Virus record (IMG/VR): IMGVR_UViG_3300047160_022640
Span: 23,769-87,768 of that record
Direction: 5' to 3' (one strand)
DNA from: a virus
Taxonomy: Duplodnaviria; Caudoviricetes
Length of the DNA: 64,000 nt
Shown here: piece after piece, positions 38,437 through 46,381 of the stretch
Layout: each line of letters begins with the position of its first letter
How positions within the stretch are numbered: the stretch's first letter is position 1
The notes under the pieces: generated by a model
The model's input: the letters and a program-made list of their open reading frames with translations, nothing else
Database searches by the model: none
Told to the model about the DNA's origin: nothing
Translations under genes and position numbers: made by a program

Positions 38437-38842
38437 TGAGAATGTCTCGCGCTTTCTTGCACGCCGATAGCTCGGAACGTAGTTGATTGATTGTCTGAGT
38501 GTCGTCGTCGATGCGATTGTCCTTCGACGCACAAGCCGCGTGCGCTGTCGCGAGCTCCTTGCGTAGCGCCTCGTACCGTTCCTCGGCGCCCCATCTTGCG
38601 GAGTATAGATTGACGACGTCCTCGTACGCCTGCGACCACCCGTAATCGTCACGATCAGCACCGTTGCCGTAAGCGTGACAGCCTTGTGCTGCGACGCTGC
38701 ACCCAGCAAGCTGCACACGAAGTTGTTCGGCTTCCGCTTCTGCTTTCTCTGCGCGCTCTCGAAGTCGTACGTTAGCGACCTGAATAACGAGCGTCTTCTT
38801 AAGTATCGCCCAAGCTAATGAGAATTTTCGCTTTTCAAACAT
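38423..38842 (-). CDS. Coiled-coil hypothetical protein
   Basis: GTGATG coupling to the dam stop; heptad-like segments. Confidence 0.6.
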   Translation of the reverse strand: MFEKRKFSLAWAILKKTLVIQVANVRLRERAEKAEAEAEQLRVQLAGCSVAAQGCHAYGNGADRDDYGWSQAYEDVVNLYSARWGAEERYEALRKELATAHAACASKDNRIDDDTQTINQLRSELSACKKARDILSESI

Positions 38843-39678
38843 CACCAGTTCCCTTTCGCGCGAATCAACAGCTCTCCTACCTTCCCTCGTTTGCCCCCAT
38901 TCGAATTGATCGCCCGTCGCGCCTGAACCTCTTCGATCAAAAACCCTTCGTATAACTCGCGCACGAACGGCGTGTCGGCGTTCGAGAGCAACACATGCAC
39001 TCCGCGAGCGACGAGCTTCTCGGCGCAATTCCGAAGGCGCTCGTGGTCTTCTAGACTGAAACCGCTCTTCGAGTAGGCGGTGAAATTCGACGTGCTAGAG
39101 AGCGGTACATACGGAGGATCCATGTAAACCGCGTCGCCGCGTTTGGCGGTGCGCACGCATTCCTCGAAATCGCAGGCACCCATATCGACGTCTTTTTTCA
39201 ACACCAGTGCAGCAGCGCGCAACGCTTCTTCGTCGCAGATCGGCGGATTCACATAGTCACCGAACGGAACATTGAATTCGCCCTTCTTGTTCACACGGTA
39301 GAGCCCGTTGAAGCAGGTCTTGTTCAAGTAGATCAAGCGAGCTGCAAGAACGATCACGTCGACACCGAGAATACGATCGGCCACCTGCCGTCCGCGCACC
39401 GAGTAGAAGAATTTCTCGCTGTGCTCCGCCGTGAGCCCGCGAAGCGCCTCGATGACCTTCTCCGGTTTTCGCGCGAGCGTCTGATACGTGAGCATGAGCT
39501 CCGCGTTCGACTCTCCGAGAAAAGCGCGCTTGAATCGACCAGTGTCGGCGAGCGCAAAGAAGACGGCGCCGCCTCCGAGGAAAGGCTCGTAGTAGTCGTT
39601 GAACGTCTCGGGGAGGCGCGGGAGGATCTCCGAGAGCAATCCGGACTTCCCGCCTGCCCATTTCAAGATCGGTTTCAC
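38842..39678 (-). CDS. dam: DNA adenine methyltransferase (D12 class, Dam-like)
   Basis: ILKWAGGK, YYEPFLGGGAV, YLNKTCFNGLYRVN, VYMDPPY. Confidence 0.92.
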   Translation of the reverse strand: MKPILKWAGGKSGLLSEILPRLPETFNDYYEPFLGGGAVFFALADTGRFKRAFLGESNAELMLTYQTLARKPEKVIEALRGLTAEHSEKFFYSVRGRQVADRILGVDVIVLAARLIYLNKTCFNGLYRVNKKGEFNVPFGDYVNPPICDEEALRAAALVLKKDVDMGACDFEECVRTAKRGDAVYMDPPYVPLSSTSNFTAYSKSGFSLEDHERLRNCAEKLVARGVHVLLSNADTPFVRELYEGFLIEEVQARRAINSNGGKRGKVGELLIRAKGNW

Positions 39679-39697
39679 AGGTTATCACCGATCCTTT

Positions 39698-39895
39698 TCA
39701 TTCTACCGGCTCCTTCGGTTTAGGTCCCCGCTTCTGCATCTCGTACGGCGCCGTCATCGCGATGTACGACTCGAACCGTCGATAGAGCCCGCGAAGCTTC
39801 GGACCCAGCTTCGAGTGCGGCAGATCACCGATCTCTTCGTAGAGCACGTTCACCTCGGCGAGCGTGAGCTCGAGCTTCATCTTGAATTCCGTCAT
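39698..39895 (-). CDS. Hypothetical protein
   Basis: ATGA-coupled small ORF. Confidence 0.5.
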   Translation of the reverse strand: MTEFKMKLELTLAEVNVLYEEIGDLPHSKLGPKLRGLYRRFESYIAMTAPYEMQKRGPKPKEPVE

Positions 39896-40137
39896 CGGAA
39901 CATCAACCTCCACCCTTCATGTAGTCGATTGATCGTCATAACCGTTTCGGCGGCCGCATGTCCGTTGCTGAGCTTCACAAGGAGCTCGTTCATCCCGAGC
40001 GTGTACTTACGACCTTGCTCTACGACGATACCGGGACCGACACCGATGATGAGTCCGCGGCACCAATGCGTGCGCTTGTCATTGTCGCTGTTCTGGCGGA
40101 GGACTTCTACGAACTTGCCGCGTTCAGGAAGATTCAT
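39892..40137 (-). CDS. Hypothetical protein
   Basis: 81-aa ORF in the operon. Confidence 0.55.
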   Translation of the reverse strand: MNLPERGKFVEVLRQNSDNDKRTHWCRGLIIGVGPGIVVEQGRKYTLGMNELLVKLSNGHAAAETVMTINRLHEGWRLMFR

Positions 40138-40171
40138 GCGCGCGATACCCGAGAATGTCGTGCTCCCGTAA

Positions 40172-40339
40172 TCACTTCCCCTTCTCGTGTAACCGCTTCG
40201 CCTCTTTCTCTACCTGTTCGATACGCGCAGTCAGTTTCTGGTTGATCTTTTTTCCTCTGCCTTGCGACAGCTTGAGCTGTTTGAGCAGCGTGTACGCTTC
40301 GCGCGATGTCTCGAACTCTCCAGATTCTCTTTCAGCCAT
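40172..40339 (-). CDS. Small hypothetical protein
   Basis: MAERESGEFE..KRLHEKGK, translated by hand; overlaps the upstream stop. Confidence 0.45.
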   Translation of the reverse strand: MAERESGEFETSREAYTLLKQLKLSQGRGKKINQKLTARIEQVEKEAKRLHEKGK

Positions 40340-41096
40340 TGCTCTGACTCCAATTTGGTTGACACGTTTCCAGTAACGTTTGTGCCATCTCGCGACGCAA
40401 CTGACGGCGAGTAGCGCCCCACTGGTCGATCGCCGGCTTCAGTGCTAATTCTGCTTCGGCGAGGTCGGCGAGGTCGGCGCGGGCGGCGAGGGCGGCGAGG
40501 GCGGCGCGGTCGGCGAGGGCGGCGAGGTCGGCGAGGTCGGCGCGGGCGGCGCGGGCGGCGAGGGCCGTATCCTCGGAGTCGATCGGGGGAAGCGCACGCA
40601 TCCTGGATGCAAGCTCCGACGATGACGCGCACGCTTTCTCACACGCAGCCACGACATCGGGATGTTTCTCGAGGCCGATGCAAGCGGCTCGCATGAGAGC
40701 GATGCTCGTTTCAAGCGAGCGGGGATACCAGTCGCGTAGGCTGCGGTCCCAGAGAATGAGCGCGACCTTCGCCGAATCGCCGCGTGCCGCTGTCCCTCGA
40801 AGTGCCATCTCGAGCGGTCCCAGATCGCGCGTGCGCTCGATCGCTCCCTCGGCGGTGTCAGGGTAGGAGTCGTTCAACACTCGCCCGAATGCCGCCCTCA
40901 CCTTACAGACCGAATCATCCGGATGGTCCGTCACCTGATCGCGATGCTCTTCGAGCCACATGCGCAGATTCTCCGACCTCAGAATATCCGCTGGGATGGA
41001 GCACGCTTCGAGCAGACAGAGTTTGCAATCCCGTCCGCCTTTGGCTCCGTATGCGAACGTGAATCCATCGGGCAATGCTGATTCGGTTTGATTCAT
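40332..41096 (-). CDS. Hypothetical protein with Ala/Leu/Asp/Arg low-complexity tract
   Basis: AGGAG ribosome-binding site before MNQTES; ALAARAARADLADL repeats. Confidence 0.65.
   Translation of the reverse strand: MNQTESALPDGFTFAYGAKGGRDCKLCLLEACSIPADILRSENLRMWLEEHRDQVTDHPDDSVCKVRAAFGRVLNDSYPDTAEGAIERTRDLGPLEMALRGTAARGDSAKVALILWDRSLRDWYPRSLETSIALMRAACIGLEKHPDVVAACEKACASSSELASRMRALPPIDSEDTALAARAARADLADLAALADRAALAALAARADLADLAEAELALKPAIDQWGATRRQLRREMAQTLLETCQPNWSQSNG
40458..40565. repeat. 12 x 9-bp coding tandem repeat GGCG(A/C)GG(T/G)C
   Basis: Read directly from the sequence. Confidence 0.9.
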
Positions 41097-41123
41097 ATCG
41101 GACTCCTGAGTTGTCTTTCTGAG

Positions 41124-41166
41124 TCCCCGCCGCAGGAATCGAACCTGCGCACGCACCGTGACGGGG
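41124..41166 (-). ncRNA. tRNA-like minihelix (acceptor stem + T-arm, no D or anticodon arm)
   Basis: CCCCGTC-11 nt-GCAGG TTCGATT CCTGC-GGCGGGG-A. Confidence 0.45.
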
Positions 41167-41175
41167 GCCTACTTA

Positions 41176-41658
41176 TCAAAACGGTGGAGGTGTCTGTCCT
41201 CCGTTCGGTGCCGCTCCGCCGCCGCCGCCTCCGCCACTAAGAGCCTTGAGACGGGCCTTGAAGTTCTCCGGAGTGACCGGCTTAGAAAGCGTCACGGTGC
41301 CGGTCCCGATGTCGATCTCGAGCTTCGGTTGCCCCATCTTCGTCATGCCATCCTTGTCGCGGAATTGCTCAGGCGCCTTCACGCGACACTTGACCCAAGT
41401 GCTGTAGATATCACCCAGGTTGTCGATCTCTTCGACGCCTTTGCCTTTCCAACCGAGCGCGCGCAGTCGCTCGAACGCATACACCATAGCGTCTTCGGTG
41501 AAGTACAGAAACGTCGTCATCTGTCCGACGACGTTCTTGTTCTGTTCACGCAATTCCATATTGAGCGCGATCTGAAGTGATCCGGTTCCGGTTTCTCCGT
41601 ACTGCAAGCTGCCTTGAATCGCTCGACCTTCGTAGTTGTCACCTGCTGCAATTGCCAT
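41176..41658 (-). CDS. Putative single-stranded DNA-binding protein
   Basis: OB-like beta pattern, Gly-rich linker, ends PPPF; follows AAA_24. Confidence 0.6.
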   Translation of the reverse strand: MAIAAGDNYEGRAIQGSLQYGETGTGSLQIALNMELREQNKNVVGQMTTFLYFTEDAMVYAFERLRALGWKGKGVEEIDNLGDIYSTWVKCRVKAPEQFRDKDGMTKMGQPKLEIDIGTGTVTLSKPVTPENFKARLKALSGGGGGGGAAPNGGQTPPPF

Positions 41659-41659
41659 T

Positions 41660-42574
41660 TCACTCTTTCTCCTTGCTAACTGTTGCCTTTGCCGCGCGCG
41701 CTTCTTCCAGACGAGCCGCGACTCGGTTGCGAGCCTCGACGATCATTCCTGGGTACGCGCGCAGATATTCTTTCACCTGCTCGTTGAGCTTGCTGTCTCC
41801 GATCTCAGTGAGCATCACCTCGATCTCCTTGCGGAACGTCTCGGCGCGCTCGAGGTCGGCCGAGCGCGCCTTAGCGAATTCGTCCCACGAGAGCAGAAAC
41901 CGTTCCGGAAACGTCGTCAGCGCGCGCGCCTTCGCATCGAACGCCGGGCACCGGCGGGTGTGCGCATAGCGCACGTCGGTCGTTACCGCTTTGAATTCGC
42001 CGCCGACCTTCTGCTGTGAGACTTCCTCGCGAGCGAAGAAGACGTACTCATTCCACTGACGAAGAAGCCCGGCGATTTGATCGCGCATCGCCACCTGGAA
42101 GCGATCGTATCCGGGGCCGCTCGGATCGTCGAAGTGCTTCACCTTCATGTGCGCCGTGAAGACGATCGCGTGCCCAGATGTCCACACGCGTTCGAGAATG
42201 CCGAGGAGCTCGCGCCATCTAATAACAGCAATAGTTTCACCGCGGCCGTAACCACCGTCCCATTTATCGATCGTAGTTCCCTGGAAGAACTCAGCGTTCC
42301 CGAGGTACTCGAGATCACCCGCAGCATCGATCACTAGTGTCTTGCAACGCACCTGGTTCGTCGCGACAGCGTCCACCCAGGAGAGCGTTTCGGTCCACGT
42401 CTCCGGTACGACCCGCTTGACGTCGTATTGAAAACTCCCCTTGTTGAGGTCTAGGAAAAACGGATCCGGAGCGCCGGCGGCAAACTTGGTTTTGCCAATG
42501 CCGTCGGCGCCGTAGATCAGCACGCGAGGTTCGCGTTGCTGTTTGCCTTCGCTGATTCGTTTAAGATCGATCAT
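41660..42574 (-). CDS. AAA_24 family ATPase (Sak4-like recombination protein)
   Basis: VLIYGADGIGKTKFAA, TLVID, WDGGYGRG, IVFTAH; real start MIDLKR downstream of the array. Confidence 0.88.
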   Translation of the reverse strand: MIDLKRISEGKQQREPRVLIYGADGIGKTKFAAGAPDPFFLDLNKGSFQYDVKRVVPETWTETLSWVDAVATNQVRCKTLVIDAAGDLEYLGNAEFFQGTTIDKWDGGYGRGETIAVIRWRELLGILERVWTSGHAIVFTAHMKVKHFDDPSGPGYDRFQVAMRDQIAGLLRQWNEYVFFAREEVSQQKVGGEFKAVTTDVRYAHTRRCPAFDAKARALTTFPERFLLSWDEFAKARSADLERAETFRKEIEVMLTEIGDSKLNEQVKEYLRAYPGMIVEARNRVAARLEEARAAKATVSKEKE

Positions 42575-42605
42575 GGTCTTCCTTTTAAAATGGGGACGGC
42601 GCCCG

Positions 42606-42778
42606 GTAGCCTCGCGCAGCTGTTGATCCTGGGCGGCCTGCGCGAAGAGCTGCTGCCCGTGCGCCAGTCGCGATATTCGTAGCCTCGCGCAGCTGTTGAT
42701 CCTATCGGAGAATGGACGGACGATGACACGGCGCGAACCATGTCGCGATATTCGTAGCCTCGCGCAGCTGTTGATCCT
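42606..42778 (-). CRISPR. Mini CRISPR array: two full 37-bp repeats + one 25-bp partial terminal repeat, 2 spacers (38 and 36 nt)
   Basis: Repeat (minus) AGGATCAACAGCTGCGCGAGGCTACGAATATCGCGAC at 42742-42778 and 42667-42703; partial at 42606-42630; unique spacers 42704-42741 and 42631-42666. Confidence 0.9.
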
Positions 42779-42807
42779 CGTCATCAGGATACCGTGTAAT
42801 TTCGACA

Positions 42808-44391
42808 CTATGCCGCCCGCTCTGCGAGCACCTTCGTCGCGCGAGTAAGAATCACCTTTGCGGCACCCTGATCCTTATCCCTCACGAGACCGCAGCCGGG
42901 ACACGCAACGAGCAATTCTGGTCCATTTTCCACTAGTTCGCCGCACTCTGGGCACTCGCGAGTCGTGTTGCGAGCGGGTACCGTGATTATCTCGGCACCG
43001 TACCGCTCGCAGATCTGCGTGAATTCGTATCGAGCCGAAATGTCCCTAGTGCTTCGCTGTCGGCGCTTCCGTTGTTCCTCCTTCTGTAGCCGTTTGATCT
43101 GAGGCACCGATTCGTCTTCGAACGCGAAAATTGCGTATCGACCACGAAGTTCGCGAACAGTGCGCAGATAGAGCTCACGACGCAAGTTCACGATCCGCTT
43201 TCGGCGCGCCGTGATTCGTCGTTCGTAGCGCATCTCCCAGCGCAACCAATCGGTCTCCTCCGGGGTTCGTACACCCGATCTCATTAACGCGCGTCGGTAG
43301 AGGTATCGATTCCGATGCGCCAACCCGAGTGTTTTTTGTCGAGCTTTGTACGCCTCGTCGAGTCTTCCTTTCATAGTATCGATTTCGTCGAGCGCTGTCC
43401 GGCACTCTGCCGGAATCAAAACTTCCCCACGCTCGCCGTCGTCACCGAGCCATGTGAATACCCGAATCCCTTCACGCCAACGCTCGTGACCGTGCTCGCG
43501 ATGACCCCAATCAAAGGCCACCATGCGCGACTCAGCGCGCGGAACAGATGGCTTCTCCATTTCGATCGTCATGCTTACAGAGTAACTCCAGCGCTCGCCG
43601 TCCTTTCTGCGTGTGAGCTTCATGGTGCGAAACCCGGCATCAAGTGGGATCTGGTGCCAGTTGCCGCATTTTGCTCGCATACGGATCCATTCGTCATTGA
43701 CGCCGATTCGAAGTTCCAGAATCCACCACAACTTCCCGCGTTCTACGATGCGGAAGCCTCCACGATCAGCGGAAAGCGTCACCGGGTCGCGATACTTTGG
43801 TCGACGTAACTCCGCTGGCACACCGTGGGTCCTCGACATCACAACTGCCTTGCGCGCCTGATCAACGCTCCTGAGTAGAGCGTTCCAGGTGCCCCAGTAA
43901 ATGTGCCGAGATGCGTACAGCGTGGCGCGATACGTCTCGCGACGAGTGAGCTTTGTACGACGTTTCGCGCAACGTTCCTCGAACTCAGTCTCACTCTCAC
44001 CGGTTCGACGGCGAGCGCCACCGCGATCCGGTGCGTCTAGAGCCGGCGTGTCTGCCCACGTCAGTGCTTCCTTCCACCTGGGATCAGTGTTGCGTACCGT
44101 ACGAAGCTCCGTGAGCAGGCCTCGAAGCTTCTCGGCTAACTCCGGACGAGGGTTCGGGGACCACGTCCCTTCTGGAGATCGCTCGAATCGTCGCGCGCGG
44201 TGCGCGAGACGCGCAACGATCCGTCCGACCCGAACGATGCCTGGAGCGATCGTGTCGGCTGCGGCATCCATAACTCGCTGATGTTCGTCTTCGAAATCAA
44301 GCAGCCGATGGTACGTCCAACGCGCTGAGGCACATTCCGAGGAAATGCGATCTTCGCGTTCCAGTAGAGAGGGGCGTGAGAGGGTCAGCAT
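42808..44391 (-). CDS. Compact type V CRISPR effector, Cas12m (V-U1)/TnpB-like
   Basis: YWGTWNA..G.PA.LR; RuvC-I VAFDWGHR (D294), RuvC-II FAFED (E425), CxxC-x13-CxxC zinc finger, RuvC-III RDKDQGAA (D507); array 29 nt downstream. Confidence 0.85.
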   Translation of the reverse strand: MLTLSRPSLLEREDRISSECASARWTYHRLLDFEDEHQRVMDAAADTIAPGIVRVGRIVARLAHRARRFERSPEGTWSPNPRPELAEKLRGLLTELRTVRNTDPRWKEALTWADTPALDAPDRGGARRRTGESETEFEERCAKRRTKLTRRETYRATLYASRHIYWGTWNALLRSVDQARKAVVMSRTHGVPAELRRPKYRDPVTLSADRGGFRIVERGKLWWILELRIGVNDEWIRMRAKCGNWHQIPLDAGFRTMKLTRRKDGERWSYSVSMTIEMEKPSVPRAESRMVAFDWGHREHGHERWREGIRVFTWLGDDGERGEVLIPAECRTALDEIDTMKGRLDEAYKARQKTLGLAHRNRYLYRRALMRSGVRTPEETDWLRWEMRYERRITARRKRIVNLRRELYLRTVRELRGRYAIFAFEDESVPQIKRLQKEEQRKRRQRSTRDISARYEFTQICERYGAEIITVPARNTTRECPECGELVENGPELLVACPGCGLVRDKDQGAAKVILTRATKVLAERAA

Positions 44392-44394
44392 GGT

Positions 44395-45252
44395 TTAGCC
44401 TCTAATCGCTCGCCAATCTCCCGCGCGGAGCTTTTTTGTCACTCCGGCCGGCATCTCCTTGATCGTGTCGAGCCACGCCGCGATGTCAGTCGCAACCGTA
44501 TCCTCCGCTCGCTTCGAGATTCCGCCGTTGCCATTTTTGCCGCCGTTCACGATCTCACGGGCCTTGGTCGCGTTCCCGCGTCGCTTCTTGCCGACCGCAC
44601 GTGGCGCGTGCTCCTTGAGCTCGGTGACCTTCTCACGGGCCTCAGATGGTTCCAGCTTCGAAAGCTTGTAACCCTCGCTGGCAGTGATCTGTCCCGCCTC
44701 GACAGCGTTACGCACCGCTGCCGGAGCATCGAGCAACGAAAGCAAATTTTTGATCGAGGCTTTACTGACCCCGAACAACACCGCGATCTCTTCTTCGGTG
44801 TGCCCAAGCTCGATGAACCGTTGCGCTTTACGCGCCCGCCCGAGCGGCGTGTCGTCCTGGCGATTCTCGTTCTCCGAGATCAACATCGCCATTCCGCGGT
44901 GCGCATTGGCGCGCGCGATCATGGCTGGGACCCGGAGAAGCTCCGCGCCCTGCTTCTTCAAACGCTTGTTCGCTTCGCGCGCCGCCTTGACTCGCTGCCG
45001 CCCGACCGCAACCTCGACCTTTCCGGTCTCCGGATCCCGCACGACCGTGATCGGCTCGAGAACGCCCTGCGGTGTCTTTCCGTCCGGAGCGTAGAGCATG
45101 TTCATCACCAGCGATTCGCTCACCGGTAGGTGCACGCGCTCGTCGAACAACGGATGCTTTTCGTCCGTCACGAGAACCAGATCCTCCGGGTCGAACATGT
45201 AGGCGTCGCGTTTACCCTTGGCGTTCAGTGCATCTCTCGATTGTTTCGGCAT
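44395..45252 (-). CDS. ParB/Srx-like N-domain protein with HTH
   Basis: GVLEPITV..VAVGRQRVKAA; ISENENRQD; EEIAVLFGVSKASIKN. Confidence 0.8.
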   Translation of the reverse strand: MPKQSRDALNAKGKRDAYMFDPEDLVLVTDEKHPLFDERVHLPVSESLVMNMLYAPDGKTPQGVLEPITVVRDPETGKVEVAVGRQRVKAAREANKRLKKQGAELLRVPAMIARANAHRGMAMLISENENRQDDTPLGRARKAQRFIELGHTEEEIAVLFGVSKASIKNLLSLLDAPAAVRNAVEAGQITASEGYKLSKLEPSEAREKVTELKEHAPRAVGKKRRGNATKAREIVNGGKNGNGGISKRAEDTVATDIAAWLDTIKEMPAGVTKKLRAGDWRAIRG

Positions 45253-45270
45253 GGTCGTAGTCCTTTCAGC

Positions 45271-45290
45271 GGTGACAGAGTGGTGTCACC
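45271..45290. promoter_or_regulatory. Palindrome upstream of the parB-cas12-array block
   Basis: GGTGACA-GAGTGG-TGTCACC perfect 7-bp arms. Confidence 0.35.
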
Positions 45291-45298
45291 TTGACATC

Positions 45299-46381
45299 TT
45301 ACGACGCGGCACTCAAAAGCATTCCCACCGCATCCGTTTCGACAATGGCGTCCACTCGCCCGCCGAGCGAATACGTTCGCGAAGCCGCCCCTGTCTCTGG
45401 ATTCACCAGTGGGATGCGAAACGTTTGTTCAACCGCGATCAGGCCGGTCGGTTTGCCCCACCGAGCGGCATACCCTACGAGCATCGCTAGCTCCTTCGCG
45501 CGCGTGTAGAGCTCCTCGAGCGGAGCTTCTGGTTTGCTACCGGTGAGCAGTGCAGCCTTCGCCGCTTCCAGATCGCCGCCGGTGCGCCGATACACATCAA
45601 GCGCCGCATGAATACTCGTCCCCGTGCTCAGAGTGTCCGCTTTCTTGAGCGACCGTCTCCGGAGTTCGTAGTAGAAATAGAACTTGCGCGGACAGAGCCG
45701 GTACTTGCGCATCGAGCTCTGCGTCAGCAGATCAAGATCGGCGGAAACGTTGCCGCCCTCCTCGACGAGCTCTGCGTGAAGATCCTTGTCGGTCCTGAAC
45801 AGAAGATCGTCATCGATCGACGCGAGCCCCGAACACACGTTGAGGTACTCGCACTCGCGTGACCACTGCAGACAAGAATCAGGATTTCGCGGGTAGATTT
45901 TCAGTCGGCGCGCCTCGCGCATCTGGGCAGCCGTGTTCCAGGTATCGAAAGCCGCTTCGCGCTCGTCCTGCTCGAGTCGGACGACGACGCCGCGCGCGTA
46001 GTACTTGTCGGGAGCCTCGGCAATGACTTCCAAGCAGCGATCGTGGAACTCTGCTGGGGTTTCGGGACGCGACTGGAGCACGTACCCGAGCTCAGCATCT
46101 CCGGTCTGCCGCCATTTTTTGCCGTCCTTCGTACGCACGCGTTGTCCAGAGGCGTCGAGAACGATTTTAATGCCGTTCTCATCGAGTGTCGGGACGGCGC
46201 TCGGGCGGATGTCAGGTTTTCGGAGGACATCGTAGACAGCCCCGTGCGGGTCGTGACCGAGCTTGCGGATAGCGGGGAGATAGACGGAGAGCTGCGGGTC
46301 TAGCGTGGTGCGCTTCCAGAAAGTGGAGCCGGAGGAGAGGTCCTCGGAGGTTGTCTTGCTTTCCCAAAGATAGACCTTCAC
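45299..46381 (-). CDS. Circularly permuted PD-(D/E)XK (Cas4/AddB-like) nuclease
   Basis: Order ESKTT, QLSVY, C-x6-C-x5-C, then TQSS..CPRK, GTSIH, VEQTF, GRVD; GTG start overlaps the HNH stop. Confidence 0.8.
   Translation of the reverse strand: MKVYLWESKTTSEDLSSGSTFWKRTTLDPQLSVYLPAIRKLGHDPHGAVYDVLRKPDIRPSAVPTLDENGIKIVLDASGQRVRTKDGKKWRQTGDAELGYVLQSRPETPAEFHDRCLEVIAEAPDKYYARGVVVRLEQDEREAAFDTWNTAAQMREARRLKIYPRNPDSCLQWSRECEYLNVCSGLASIDDDLLFRTDKDLHAELVEEGGNVSADLDLLTQSSMRKYRLCPRKFYFYYELRRRSLKKADTLSTGTSIHAALDVYRRTGGDLEAAKAALLTGSKPEAPLEELYTRAKELAMLVGYAARWGKPTGLIAVEQTFRIPLVNPETGAASRTYSLGGRVDAIVETDAVGMLLSAAS

Noticed and set aside
41100-41175. A complete tRNA gene
   Set aside because: Only 11 nt between the acceptor stem and T-arm, so no D or anticodon arm, and no encoded CCA; kept only as a tRNA-like element
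42575-42808. N-terminal extension of the 382-aa ORF 41660-42808 (MSKLHG..RINSCARLRISR x2)
   Set aside because: It is the CRISPR array read in frame; the AAA_24 gene has its own start at 42574
42808-44391. Ordinary IS200/IS605 insertion
   Set aside because: No tnpA or recognisable transposon-end hairpins; a repeat-spacer array sits where an omegaRNA/right end would be; the gene is tightly coupled to parB
45299-46381. Cas4-like nuclease as the adaptation module of the CRISPR locus
   Set aside because: No cas1/cas2; such nucleases normally accompany AAA_24 and SSB in phage recombination modules. A link cannot be excluded but is unsupported
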